From Octopus sinensis (Eukaryota): 64,000 nt of DNA. Shown in pieces: positions 42,379 to 55,570 of the stretch; the stretch's first letter is position 1; each line of letters begins with the position of its first letter. Made by a program: the position numbers and the translations under genes. Location: positions 164,858,001-164,922,000 of the forward strand of contig NC_042997.1 in the NCBI RefSeq assembly GCF_006345805.1, in the 5' to 3' direction. The notes beneath the pieces were generated by a model that worked only from the letters and a program-made list of their open reading frames with translations, ran no database searches and was not told the DNA's origin.

Positions 42379-43442
42379 GTCCGTTACTTACACTGCGTTC
42401 CTTTTTGTTTGTTTGTGCGCATGTGTGTGGATCAATGTGTGTGTGTGTGTGTGTGTGTGTGCCTATGGATGCATGCATGTACGTATGTATGTATGTGTGT
42501 ATGTATGTATGCATGTGTATATATGTATGCATGTGTGTGTATGTATACATGTGTGGGTATGCATATGTATATGTGTATGTATGTGTGTGCATCTGTATGT
42601 ATATATTCTGCATATTCACGTGCTTGCATGTCCGAGTTTGTGTATTTTTTATGTATGTGTGTGTGTGAGCGTGTGTTTATATATGTATGCACCTCTGTCT
42701 CCTTGTGTGTGCATGTCTGTGTGGCTTGCAACTATGTACCATGTTTGTATGTATGGATGTACATCTCTATATGTGTGGACAGGTGTCACTATATGTGTTC
42801 TTGTGTGGAGTAAAGTGTGTGTGTAAATATGGTTATGTGTTTCAGTCTCCATTTGCGTATGTGTGCTTGTCTGTTCATATAACCTATGTACCTATCTGTC
42901 TGTTGATCTGTTTATTTTTATATCCATATGCTTACATACATGTGCATCCCCCCACACACATACATACCTCTATCTACATTACAATCCACTAACTATTCTA
43001 CTTTATCTGTGTAAACTGGGTATGGAGGTATGATATCTACTATGTATATTTCCTTTTTAGTATTGGGAAGGTTTCATTTATAAGGACGTACTCCCGTATT
43101 TGTCTGAGTGTTGGGTATAAATGTGTGAGGAATATTCAACCATTGATACTACATCACAACGAGTAGGCAGTTTATGTCGTCGAAAAACTGGAATATTCAT
43201 AAGAGAAACCGGCGGATGATCCACAATTTAAAAACCATATCTACATATCCATATACACATTAATCTCATGGAAGCCAATAAATAGTCACATTGTCTGCTC
43301 TATATTATCTCCTCTATAACAGTGTACGACCATGCTTGGACATTGCCTTCTGTGTGAGTTAGTGCGTTTGTTGGGGTGTACGATTGTGTGCTTATATTCA
43401 TATGTACTATATATGTGAATATGTATGTATGCTGGTATCCAT

Positions 43443-43607
43443 TTTAGTCTCGTGGTGGTCTGCTCTTGGGCAGGTCCTGTGCATTTGAACCTTCTCTAGT
43501 ACTCGCTATACGATCAGGTAGGACCTGTACTCCTCCCCTTGGCCGTATAGAGTGACCATGGGAGGGTACGTTAAGTAGACACTAGAACGTCGGTTACCAT
43601 GACTAAA
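43443..43607. ncRNA. Candidate structured RNA of unknown family
   Basis: GC-richer island with several complementary pairs, some crossing: 43443-56/43596-607, 43456-66/43549-58, 43471-78/43520-27, 43527-37/43560-69, 43506-12/43544-50, 43495-500/43581-86. Confidence 0.3.
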
Positions 43608-43624
43608 TTTGGGATGAATACTGT

Positions 43625-43850
43625 AGTGGCTTTCCCTTTGCCTTCTTCAGGCAGGTGGAATTTGAACTCGGAATGTAGAGAGACGGAAGATATATCCTAA
43701 AGCATTTCTGCCGATGCAGCAACGATTTTGCTACTTTTTCAGTTGCAGAGCAACGTGAAATGAGGTGTTTTTCTCAAGAACACAACGCGTCACTCGATCC
43801 AGGAATTGAACGCATGATCTAACGACCGTGAGTACAACACCTTGACCACA
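43625..43850 (-). mobile_element. Degraded SINE fragments (families C and B-like)
   Basis: GTGGAATTTGAACTCGGAATG and GAGCAACGTGAAATGAGGTG..CAAGAACACAACGCG. Confidence 0.55.
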
Positions 43851-43854
43851 GGTG

Positions 43855-44612
43855 CAGGACAATTCAGCACTGCCGACTTAACACCGCCGACTCGACGCCA
43901 GGATAACTCAACACCGAGACAACTCTTCACCAGGAAAGTTGATTAACAGATAATATATTCGTTTTACAACTTTATTTTTTAAATAACATTATCAAGTATT
44001 TATAAAAGATTAATTTAATACATGACATAAATTTTAAAATTCGAATAAAAGTAACTATATATTTTTAATACAAGGCTAAAATTTAAATGAGAAACTTCCT
44101 GAAAGTTGTAAGCAATTTCCTTCAAATAGTTTATGGGAGATCTTTCTGAAAGAGGTGAAACAATATGCAAAATTCTATCATCTACCTTCATATACTTCTT
44201 CAGTTTAGGGTGAATGGGGATGACCTCCAGTCAGTGGCTCAAAAAATGCACTTCGGTTTCTTTGCACCTTACGTAGCTCCTTTATGGATCTTCATATTGT
44301 TGGAGTGCTCCATTCCCACGTCTATTCCAGAACGCGCGCGCGCACGCACACATAATTATATGCTCTATAAATTACTTTTATTCGAATTTTAAAAGTTCTG
44401 CTTTTTTTTTTTATTCAAACCATGTATTAAGATTAACCTTTTTATAAATTTCCGATAATGTTATAAAACGAATAAATTATTTATTAATCAATTTTCCTGG
44501 TGTTATCTTGGTGTTGAGTCGTCCTGGCGCTGAGTCGGCGGTGTTGAGTCGGCGTTATTGAGTTGGCGGTGATGAGTTGGCAGTGGTGAGTTGTCGGTGG
44601 TGAATTGTCCTG
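43855..44612. mobile_element. Foldback/MITE-like element with long TIRs and 14-bp subterminal repeats
   Basis: CAGGACAATTCA(43855)/TGAATTGTCCTG(44612); arms about 43855-44060 and 44366-44612 are inverted; GAGT[CT]GGCGGTGTT-like units repeat with a 14-bp period. No TSD seen. Confidence 0.75.
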
Positions 44613-44949
44613 GGCCTTAGAATGTATCCATTCTACGTGTGTACATATCAGGGGTCAATAAAGTTCTTATATTATTGGTCACTTCATGGGATCGTTGATA
44701 TATTTTGCATCATTACCGCTTTTTAAGAAGAAATATTTAAAGAAATTTTTGTGAAATATGTTTTGTGAATACTAGGCATGACATCGATATTTGGTTGAAA
44801 ATTAATAAATTTTAACATTAAATTACTAAGCTCTTTCAGATTCAGTTCGTTAATAATTCAGCACCCTTAATGCTCAAAATTATTTCAGGTATTTTTCGAT
44901 CCTATGGATAGCCACATAGAACCCTCCGGAAATCAACATTGACCACTTT

Positions 44950-45200
44950 GCCGGCTCCTGGCTTTGTAGTTAGAGTATTGGGCTTTCACTCATTGGGTTG
45001 TGGGTTCAATTCCTGAACAGGGCGACACATTTGTCCTTCATATTACGTGACACTACATTTTACGTGGTTTCAATTAGCTCATCTGAAAATGCGTACCAGC
45101 AACAGCTGGTTGGAGGAATAAATCCTGCGAAGGACTGGCGATCCTATGTACTCCAAGTCGCTTAAACGCCCCAGAAACAGAGATAATCTCCTGTCAAAAG
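44950..45200 (+). mobile_element. tRNA-derived SINE (additional family), degraded
   Basis: A-box-like TGGCTTTGTAGTTAG, B-box GGTTCAATTCC, and tail CCTGCGAAGGACTGGCGATCC..ACTCCAAGTCGCTT..CAGAAACAGAGATAA. Confidence 0.5.
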
Positions 45201-45313
45201 GATCTCTAGGATCGAGACAAACTCAAACATTTTAAACTCTGTATAGGCATATGAATGTATTTCGCTGTTGTTCCATCCTGTGTCATATCTGAGCAAACTA
45301 TGAATTATATATA

Positions 45314-45371
<58 letters not shown>

Positions 45372-45372
45372 A

Positions 45373-45713
45373 AGGGTAAAGACCCCCTCGGTCATGTGTG
45401 ACCATGGGTTTGCACCTAGAGAGTTACCCTCTGAGGCACAAGTCTGGGCAAGGTTGTTTTTATGGAAGACCAGCAGTCGCCCATGCATACCGGCCTCCCC
45501 TCTCCACGCCACCAGTGTTATCCAAGGGAAAGACAAAGGTCGATACAGCTTGGCACCAGTGACGTTGCAACTCATTTCTACAGCTGAGTGAACTGGAGCA
45601 ACGTGAAATAAAGTGCTTTGCTCAAGAACACAACACGCAGCCCGGTCCGGGATTCGAACTCACAACCTCACGATCGTAAGCTCGACGCTCTAACCACTGA
45701 GCCATGCGCCTCC
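45373..45713 (-). mobile_element. tRNA-derived SINE family B, full length
   Basis: Minus GGAGGCGCATGGCTCAGTGGTTAGAGCG (A box), GAGTTCGAATCCC (B box), central GTGTTGTGTTCTTGAGCAAAGCACTTTATTTCAC domain, end GGGGGTCTTTACCCT. Confidence 0.9.
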
Positions 45714-45746
<33 letters not shown>

Positions 45747-45766
45747 TATATATATTATATATAATA

Positions 45767-45822
<56 letters not shown>

Positions 45823-45823
<1 letters not shown>

Positions 45824-48698
45824 CACAGACCGAAATAAGGGAGGGACGCCATCTTTATCCATGACTCCTTTTCACTTGATGCCAAGGACACATTTTCCAA
45901 TGGCTACTGTGAATCGGTATCAGTATAAACAAAGCCAAGGACATAACCATTGTTGGTCTTTACAGGCCTCCCCAGGCACCTCTAAAGTACTTTGAAGAGT
46001 GCCTTAGCAAAGTCAAGTCCTTCCTTCGGAAGTACCACTCCGGAAACATAATAGTGATGGGTGATTTTAACCTCCCTCATGTGAACTGGCCCACAAATAC
46101 TCCGAAGTTAGGCAAGTGCTCTACATCAGATAGGGCAGCAGCAGAACTGCTCTTTAATCTGATGGATGAGTATTTCCTGACTCAGCTAGTGCTTGAACCA
46201 ACGAGACAGAATAAAACGATCTTGGATCTGGTACTGACCAATCACTCTAGCTACGTTCACAGCATTTCAGTCGAAAAAACTCTCCTCTCAGACCACGACA
46301 TGGTACTCTGCAATCTTAATTCCCGACGTATAAAAACCAAACCAGCCAATCCCACTCCATGGCACCCATTTGACAACATAAATTTCCACAAAGCGGACTG
46401 GAGAACAATCAGAAAAGATCTGTCTTCCATCGACTGGTCTTTTACTCTCAATTCCCCTCATATTGAGACCGCGTGGCAACACTTTGAAACCATTGTCACC
46501 GACACATGCTCTAAACACGCTCCCAAGAAATCTACTAACACGAACAGAAACCGGCTCCCTAAAAAGAAAAAAACACTCATCAGGCGCATCAAAAGACTCA
46601 ACAAAAAAATCAACCAATTAAAATATTCCCACCCGCAACATCCACATTCAACAACAATGAAAAGACTAGAGCTGGAAAAACTTCATCTGCAGACTAACAT
46701 GAAAACCTCCATTGAAAATCAAAGAGCTGTGGAGGAACAATGGGTAATCAAAAACATCAAACAGAACCCAAAAGTGTTCTATTCTTATGCAAATAGGCAT
46801 AGAACCACTGTCTCACCTATTGGGCCATTGATTGATGAAAACGGCATTCCCCAACACGATGCTAAAGAAATGGCAGAAATACTGCAGAAACAATATTGCT
46901 CTGTCTTCAGTGTTCCCACTGATATTGATGTGAGGGAAACGAACGAAGCTGACTCCCAACACAAATCGCAGACATAACCTTCACTGCCACCGACATCGTA
47001 GCAGCAATAAATGAGGTCAAACATTACTCCGCTGTAGGCCCTGATAGATTTCCCGCCAGTCTCCTGAAGGAATGTAGATATCAACTTGCAGTCCCTCTGA
47101 CCAACCTCTGGAGAAACTCGTTAGACGCAGGTTATATACCGAAAAAGTTTCTATCCCAGTCGGTCATCCCGGTTTTCAAACAGGGAAACAGATCCCTCGC
47201 AGTCAACTATCGCCCAATCTCACTCACCTCCCACATCATTAAAGTGTTTGAAAGAGTGTTAAGATCAAGGATAGCTGACTTCCTGGAGACCCACAAACTC
47301 CTAAATTCAAATCAACATGGCTTTCGCTGTGGCAGGGACTGTCTAACACAGCTCTTACACCACATTGAAGATGTACTCAAAGCCTTGGGAACAGGTTCGA
47401 ACTCTGACGTCATATACCTTGACTTCAGTAAAGCGTTCGACAGGGTAGACCATAACATCCTACTCTCAAAATTGGCAAATGTTGGAATCCGTGGAAAAGT
47501 TCTACACTGGATTCAGTATTTCCTAGCGAATAGAACACAACATGTTGTAGTTGATGGAGTCCACTCAAACCCAGCAAAAGTCACCAGCGGTGTTCCCCAG
47601 GGAACTGTTTTGGGTCCGCTACTCTTCATAATTTATGTAAACGACCTTTCCAGTGTCGTACATCACTGCAAAGTGAAAATATTCGCTGATGACACTAAGC
47701 TCCAGCAAATCGTCAATGAAGAAGCAGACCGAACTCAACTCCAGTCTGACTATATGCTGTGAGTCAATGGGCAGACAGAAACAAAATGCAACTGAATGAG
47801 GGAAAATTTGAGCTGATGCATTTTGGAAGAAATTCCTCACTAAAACAACCATACTCTCTTCCTTCAGGGGAACCGCTCACAGCCTCTAACAATATCAGAG
47901 ACCTGGGTGTAATTGTTGATGACGATCTCAGTTGGAGTGCACACATCAACAAGAAGGTCGATACAGCTCGTAGGATGAGTTCCTGGATCTTAAGAACTTT
48001 CCGGTCCAGAGAACAAGGTGTCATCATACCACTTTTTTCATCCTTTGTACGGCCACACCTTGAATACTGCTGCCCACTGTGGTCTCCTCACACAAGACTA
48101 AACATCTCCAGAATTGAGTCACCCCAGAGGGCTCTCACTAAACAAATTGAAGGCATGGCTGCTCTCGACTATTGGGATCGCCTTAAAGCCTTGAAACTTT
48201 ACTCCCTCCAGCGTCGCCGTGAGCGGTACATCATTTGTACGATGTGGAAAATATACCGCCAACTTTGCCCAAACGACCTAAACATTAGCTTCAAGGTTCA
48301 TCCGAGACTTGGACCACGGGCTATACGTCCCCTGCCAAATTCAAGATCACAACATACATGTACACTGCAACATAATTTCTTTTCCTCAACAGGCCCTGCC
48401 CTATTTAACATTGTCCCGAGGGAGATCAAAGAGGAAAAGGATCCCATCAACTTCAAACAGAGTCTGGATAGATTCCTTCAAAGAATACCAGACAAGCCAC
48501 CCATAATTGGATATAACTCACCCAACAAGAACTCACTACTTGAACAAAACTGGATACAACTCACCCAACAAGAACTCACTACTTGAACAAAACTTGACTT
48601 AAACAGGATTCGAATAATCCTATCAGGTGGTGCTATTAAGTTAGACATGGCCTGGACCAATCTCTGGTCGAAACATATCTAAGTTTTATCTAAGTTTT
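45823..48698 (+). mobile_element. CR1/L2-group LINE, 5'-truncated ORF2 (APE endonuclease part + RT) with two frameshifts and intact 3' tail
   Basis: MGDFNLPHVNW, TILDLVLTN, SDHDMV (endonuclease); NYRPISLTS, QHGFR, YLDFSKAFD, VPQGTVLGPLLF, IFADDTKL, RPHLEYCCPLWSPH (RT); frameshifts near 46965 and 47760; tail GGTCGAAAC-(TATCTAAGTT)n. Confidence 0.92.
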
Positions 48699-49359
48699 AT
48701 ATATATATATACGCACACTTATAAATGAATCGGAAACTTAGTGTGTGTGTGTGTGTGTATATATCACCGAATACCAGTTGAAGTAGGTACACAACAACGG
48801 ATTAGGTTACTATTTTATTTTGAAGATCTGGTGTTTCAAGATGGTTATGTGATCGTCTACCAAACAATTACTGCACAACATACAAGTATTCCCGAGTGAA
48901 AGGCGTGTTAAGATGATGCAATTTATAATATTATAATAAAAAGATTATCTAAATCTGTTTCGTTCTGCTCTCGGAGATGGATACACACACACACACACAT
49001 CCACATATACATATACATGTATATGAGTGTGTGGGTATGTGTATAAATGTACGAATCCATATTAGCATATAAAGACATATATATTCATGAATACGTAATA
49101 TTTTGTGTGTGTGTATGTGTGTGTGTCTGTGTGTGTAACCGAGTTGTCTCTAGATAAAATATTATTAGATTCAGTAATAAACTTCGCTGACCCTCCCTGA
49201 AATTGGAAACACAAACTTTGGAAAAATGGGTTAATTTGCAATGCCAATCTTTTCTTTATTAGTGCTACTATAATGATGACACTTCCATTATCGTTGCAAA
49301 TATTATAACTGTTATGATATATTACTAATACTATGACTAGTATGTGGGTGATATCACTA

Positions 49360-49915
49360 TATTAGTTATATATCTAACACGATAGAGTCGACACTGGTTT
49401 TACACCTCAACTTATTAAGTATTAAGAGATATCCATTAACGGAAAAACGACATTGTTGATTTGAGATACGGGAGATTATTATTGTATGTGTGTGTGTGTG
49501 TGTGTATTGAATTGTGGGTATATCTTGCAGTATTTCTTCCGGTTCTTTACGCTCCGAGTTCAAATCATGAAGACGGCAACTTTTGTCCCTCTGAGCTCGA
49601 TAAAAATTACCAGTGGAGAACGGGGGTCGATACAATTAATTTACCTGCTCTCTTAAAAATAATTGCTAGTCTTGTGCCAAAGTTAGGCAGGATTATGATT
49701 ATCTTAAAAAGCGGCAAGTTGGCAAAAGCGTCAGCGTGCCGGATAAAAAGCTTAGCATTTTCTCTGGCTCTATGCTCTGAGTTCGAATGCTTGCGGAGGT
49801 CTACTTTGATCCCATCCTTTCGGTTATAAGTACCAGTCAAATACTGAAATCAAGGTAAGCGATTATTTCCCTTTCCTCAGAATGTCTGGCCTTGTGCTAA
49901 TATTAGAAAGAAATT
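49360..49915. mobile_element. Cluster of degraded SINE family C copies
   Basis: CCGAGTTCAAATC..GGCAACTTTTGTCC and GAGTTCGAATGC..GAGGTCTACTTTG on the plus strand, with a minus-strand remnant at about 49360-49460. Confidence 0.55.
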
Positions 49916-50565
49916 ACTGTTATTGTTGTTGATGTTGTATGTCGCTGATTGTTCGAGCGAACCAACTTCTTTCTCAAGGCTCCTGCGAAAATGTAGTTTT
50001 TTAAGCTGAGTATCTAATTGAAAAATGCTTTGTTCTAGTTTTATGAATAGAAAGGTCTGAGATTGTCTGAGGGACCCATCTCTTCACCAGCGGTAGAAGA
50101 AAGGTTCAGTCCTCCAAAATTTTTAACTGTTTATTTCTGTCGTTGGTTTTATATTGCAAGATGGCCGCCTTGGACGTATGATGAGGTATTTGTTATAGCC
50201 TCAATAATGCTATCAAGACTCACTCTCCAATTATTTCAAACACGAAACAAAATCTAAAAATAGTGTGAAAAAAATAATATGACAGAGACACAACTTACAG
50301 TTAAATAATCGAAATAATAAAATATGGTGTTTGAAATATTAATTTAAATGTGAAAATAAAAAGCATGAACAGTACAAACATCAATGTTGAACATCGCCAA
50401 CAGCAACATTTCAATTTCTGCAAGTGTTGTAGATGTAAAAAAGCTCTTCGATATGAGCCATGTCAAAGAAAAGGAGAAGGTATGAACAAAGGAATGTGGA
50501 GGGAGACAGTAATTTCTTGTTTGAAACATTCAAATACACCCCAGAAAAATACTAAAGATATTTAC

Positions 50566-50712
50566 ATGTGGTAAGAAGCTTGCTTCCCAGTCACATAGTT
50601 CCGGGTTCAGTCCTACTGCGTGGCGTCTTCGGCAAGTGTCGTCTATTACAGATTCGGGCTTACCAAAGACTTCTGAGTTGATTTGGTAGACGGAAACTGA
50701 AAGAAGCTTTTC

Positions 50713-50760
<48 letters not shown>

Positions 50761-50980
50761 CTGTCTGTGTTTGGTCCCCACCACCGCTTGACAACCGTCC
50801 TTGGAATGTTAATGTCCCCGTAACTTAGCTGTGCGGCAAAAAGTGACAGATAAAATAAGTACCAGGCTTAATAAAATATAAGTACTGGGATCGATTTATT
50901 TGACGAAAATTTCTTCAAGGGGTTGTCTCAGCATGGCTGCAGTCAATTGATTGAAACAGGCAGAGGATAAAAGGTAAAAG
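50566..50980 (+). mobile_element. SINE family A
   Basis: GTGGTAAGAAGCTTGCTTCCC..GGGTTCAGTCC head to CAGCATGGCTGCAGTCAATTGATTGAAAC tail. Confidence 0.8.
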
Positions 50981-51472
50981 AAGATATTGTTTTTCAAACA
51001 ATGAAAGTGGTTTCCACATCCTCTCGAAAGGAAAGCAGTGAGAAGCTCTGGTTAGTGTGTGGTAGGACGTGAGGTCCCACGACAGAAGCAACGGGAAATT
51101 GAATAGTGTTTGAAACCTAGGACAAGTTTACGAAGCATGCACCACACGGGCCTTACAGGCCAGTGCGACAATTAGGGCAGGTACCAAAACATTTTTTCCG
51201 TCTCTCTCTCTCTCTTTCTCTCTCTATTTTACTCATATGAGTTCTAGGTAGTATATACATAATACATACATAAATGTATAAGTACACACACATACGTCCC
51301 TCGCACACACACACACACATACACACACATAATGTATAAGTATGTTTATATGTGCGTGGGTACATTGATGTCAAAAAGTGTGTCAATTTAGCGTGTGAAT
51401 GACTTCCACATTAATATCTTAACTGCATTAAGCAATAACTATTTTCACACAGACACAGACACAGACAGACAG

Positions 51473-51505
<33 letters not shown>

Positions 51506-51673
51506 ATGTATGTATGTACAGATGTTATTAAGATATGATCATATACATATTTAATTACATGTGTCATTATATTTTATTACATGTTTAATTGTAAATGTAA
51601 ATGTGTCTATGCCTCTTTCACTCTTTATCTCTCACTCTATGCATATATATATATATATGTGTGTGTGTGTATG

Positions 51674-51712
<39 letters not shown>

Positions 51713-51730
51713 TTTCTTTCTTTTCTTTTA

Positions 51731-51931
51731 TTCTTTTACTTTTTTCAGTCATTTGACTGTGGCCATGCTGGAGCACCGCCTTTAGTCGAGCAAATCGACC
51801 CCGGGACTTATTCTTTGTAAGCCTAGTACTTATTCTATTGGTCTCTTTTGCCGAACCGCTAAGTCACGGGGACATAAACACACCAGCATCGGTTATCAGG
51901 CAGTGCTAGGGGGACAAACACAGACACACAA

Positions 51932-51970
<39 letters not shown>

Positions 51971-52124
51971 TACGACGGGCTTCTTTCAGTTTCCATCTAC
52001 CAAATCCACTCACAAGGCTTTGGTCGGCCCGAGGCTATAGTAGAAGCTATTAGCCGAAGATGCCACGCAGTGGGATTGAACCCGGAACCATGTGGTTGGT
52101 AAGCAAACTACTTACCACACAGCC
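51731..52124 (-). mobile_element. SINE family A, full length
   Basis: Near-reverse-complement of 53665-54137. Confidence 0.88.
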
Positions 52125-52304
52125 TGTATATATATATACCACACAGCCTATATATATATATATATATATATAGATATATATATATATATATACATACGCT
52201 TGCATATGTACATAATATATACATGTATATAAAGATATGTATAAATATACAGATATATAGACATGAATATATATACAAAGTATATGTACATATCTTCTAA
52301 GTTT

Positions 52305-52499
52305 CAACTCTTACTTGCCTCAGGCATTAGACTGTAGCCAAGCTGGGGCACCGCGTGGAAGAATTTTTAGGCGAATGGACGCACCCCAGTACTTATTCTA
52401 CCCTTCTCTTACTCGAACCACTATGTTGTTACAGGGATGTAAGCACACTAACACCGGCTGCCAAGCGGTTGGAGCGGACAAAGACACATTCATATATAT

Positions 52500-52536
<37 letters not shown>

Positions 52537-52680
52537 AAGGGCTTCTTTCAGTTTCCGTCTACCAAAACGACTCACATTACTTTGGTCGGTCCGAAGCCAC
52601 AGTAGAAGAAACTCGCCAAAGGTACCATGCGGTGACACTGGAGGCAGAACGATGTACTTGTGAAGTAAGCTTCTTCCTAC
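52305..52680 (-). mobile_element. SINE family A, degraded
   Basis: GGGCTTCTTTCAGTTTCCGTCTACCAAA body and tail remnant. Confidence 0.7.
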
Positions 52681-53600
52681 AATTTTAATGTTGAGTTTGG
52701 TCTCCTTCAGAGTCTTTCTAAATCTACGGACTAATTCTCCGTGGGCTGTGGCCTCTACAAACATCACTCCTTGATATTTGTCGGTTTTATACCACGTGTT
52801 CGCCCTGTTTGCTTTGTCACAAGTTCTTTGTATCCTATCCCGTTCTTTGTTTCTATATCTAGGCAGGTACAACTGATATCATTACATATAACTTTGTCTA
52901 ATTTCTTTCTAGCCCCCCTCCCCCCTGTATACTTGAACCCTATCTTTCTGATCATATCCAGAGAACTGCATGTGGTGCATGAAGTTCTGTATATGTTTCT
53001 TCATTTCATAGGATTCGCATAGTGGGGACACATTGTTCATTATTCTAACTAAGTCTGCTATCAGTATGTTAATTTTCATGTTGTGTGACAAAGCTGAGTT
53101 CTTGTGAACATATTTTGAAGTTATGGGTTTCATGTAATAAGAGTGGAGGAGCTGTACTCTATTGTTCACAGTCTCTAACCAAAGTTCAGTATCAAGTACA
53201 GGGAGTCTATTGTTGCCTTACTAAGCACCCCGTCTTTTGTTTATTTTCATAAAGCTGCCCGTAATCTATAGTTACTTTGATACTTTGATGGATGGTGTTA
53301 GCTATTTGCTGGATGCTCTCCATTACGTTCTTTTCAGTTTCTACATTACCGTCACTAGAGTTGGTTCTAACTATGATATTAATGTCATCTACATATCTAC
53401 TGTAGAGTAGAAGAGTTGTGGACTGTTCTGCTAACATTTGTTTAAATTTTTTGCCCCACCATGTCATGAAGAGGTCATCCACATCTCCTACACCGATGGC
53501 TGCACATTGAACCTGCGTGTATAGTTTTTTGTTAAACTTTACTATGTGGTTTTTCAAGGGGACTTTTACACTGGCCCCTATTCTATATGCAATCATTTCT
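52681..53600 (-). mobile_element. Penelope-like retroelement RT/thumb remnant
   Basis: Minus KFNKKLYTQVQCAAIG, LLYSRYVDDINII, HSYYMKP..HKNSALS..DLVRIM, MQFSGY and VMFVEAT..ELVRRF..IKIV; frameshifted. Confidence 0.8.
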
Positions 53601-53664
53601 TTCACCTGATTGTTGTTCTCAGGGTTTTGGGTGGGTGCGGTCTGTGTATATATATATACATATA

Positions 53665-53845
53665 GGCGCAGGAATGGCTGTGTGGTAAGTAGCTTGCTTA
53701 TCAACCACATGGTTCCGTGTTCAGTCCCACTGCGTGTCACCTTGGGCAAGTGTCTTCTACTATAGCCTCGGGCCGACCAAAGCCTTGTGAGTGGATTTGG
53801 TAGACGGAAACTGAAAGAAGCCCGTCATATATATGTATATATATG

Positions 53846-53906
<61 letters not shown>

Positions 53907-54137
53907 GCGTGTGTGTGTTTGTGTCTGTGTTTATCCCCCTAGCATTGCTTGACAACCGATGCTGATGTGTTTATGTCCCCGTTACTTAGAGGTTCGGCAA
54001 AAGAGACCGATAGAATAAGTACTAGGCTTACAAAAGAATAAGTCCCGGGGTCGAGTTGCTCGATTAAAGGCGGTGCTCCAGCATGGCCGCAGTCAAATGA
54101 CTGAATCAAGTAAAAGAGTAAAGAGAGTAAAGAGTAA
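53665..54137 (+). mobile_element. tRNA-derived SINE family A, near-intact full length
   Basis: GGCGCAGGAATGGCTGTGTGGTAAG (A box), GTGTTCAGTCCC (B-box-like), central microsatellite, tail GGCGGTGCTCCAGCATGGCCGCAGTCAAATGACTG-(TAAAGAG)n. tRNA-derived SINEs (OK/OR1/OR2) are known from octopus; exact family not assigned. Confidence 0.9.
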
Positions 54138-54212
54138 TATATACATAAAAAATTTCAGAATGAGATAAAAATCCAAGGCTGTTAAAGATTTTAGAACATT
54201 TCTAAATAGAAG

Positions 54213-54260
54213 GTCTTACAGCTGTTTCTAGGATATTTTATATATCACTTCATCGGAGAC
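54213..54260 (-). ncRNA. Minimal type I hammerhead ribozyme motif (U4C core variant)
   Basis: Minus: stem I GTCT/AGAC, CCGATGA, stem II GATAT/ATATC, GAAAC-AGCT-GTA (palindromic ACAGCTGT, GUA triplet). Confidence 0.6.
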
Positions 54261-54559
54261 GGTGTGAGAAGGTGGTTAAGCAATAGTTATTCTAGATAAG
54301 ATATGGAATAGAGAGTGAAGTTGAGGAATGAACATAGACGTGAGATATGTAGGGATATTGCATCTGTAGATCCATTATTTAGGCAGAATAGTATACATAT
54401 AAGATTCCAGTACCTTGTAAGTTTCAATAGTACATAAAATTGATCATTCCAAGTTTAGAGTTTGTACACGGTGTTATTGGATCGAGGGTTGAATTTAGTC
54501 CATAGCACTTACTCAGCCTTACCTGACACCTTTGGCTCTTATTGACACCATTAACTCTC

Positions 54560-55271
54560 ATACCCTCTATACATATATACATACATACATATACATACAA
54601 TTATATACATATATATACATACATATATATAGATACACATATATATATATACATAAATATATATAGATACACACATATATACATGCATATATATAGATAC
54701 ACACATATATATATATATACATACATATATAAACATATATATACATATATAAACATATATATACATACATATATACATATATACATATATATATATATAC
54801 ATACATATATACATATATATATATATACATACATATATATACATATATATACATACATATATACACATACATATATACATATACAGACATATACATATAT
54901 ATACATATATACACATAGATATATATACATATACAGACATATACATATATATACATATATATACATATATACACATAGATATATATACCTATACATATTA
55001 TACACACATATATACATACACATATATACATATGCATGTATACATATGTATACCTATACATATATATACCTATATATATATGCATATATATATACATATA
55101 TATATATACATATATATACATATACATATACGTACATATATATACATGTACATATATACATATAATATACATAAATATTACACTTATATACATATATATA
55201 CAGACACGTATATATAAACATATACACATACACATATTACACACGTACATATATACACATACATATATATA

Positions 55272-55318
<47 letters not shown>

Positions 55319-55470
55319 CAATGTACATACCTACATATAAATCATATATATGTATACGTAATATATGTATCGATATACACTCTGAACATACCTACATATA
55401 TATAATATACACACACACGTAAGTATATGTATCGAACCATGTCTGTCTCTCTTTCACTACACACACACAC
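54560..55470. repeat. (TACA)n/(TA)n microsatellite running into the gap
   Basis: Directly visible. Confidence 0.95.
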
Positions 55471-55570
55471 NNNNNNNNNNNNNNNNNNNNNNNNNNNNNN
55501 NNNNNNNNNNNNNNNNNNNNNNNNNNNNNNNNNNNNNNNNNNNNNNNNNNNNNNNNNNNNNNNNNNNNNN
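55471..55570. other. Assembly gap (100 N)
   Basis: Run of exactly 100 n, probably a placeholder length. Confidence 0.99.

Noticed and set aside
43456-43570. Calling the structured island an HDV-like ribozyme
   Set aside because: The P3/L3/P1.1 consensus is not met and P1 would be too long; kept only as an unassigned candidate.
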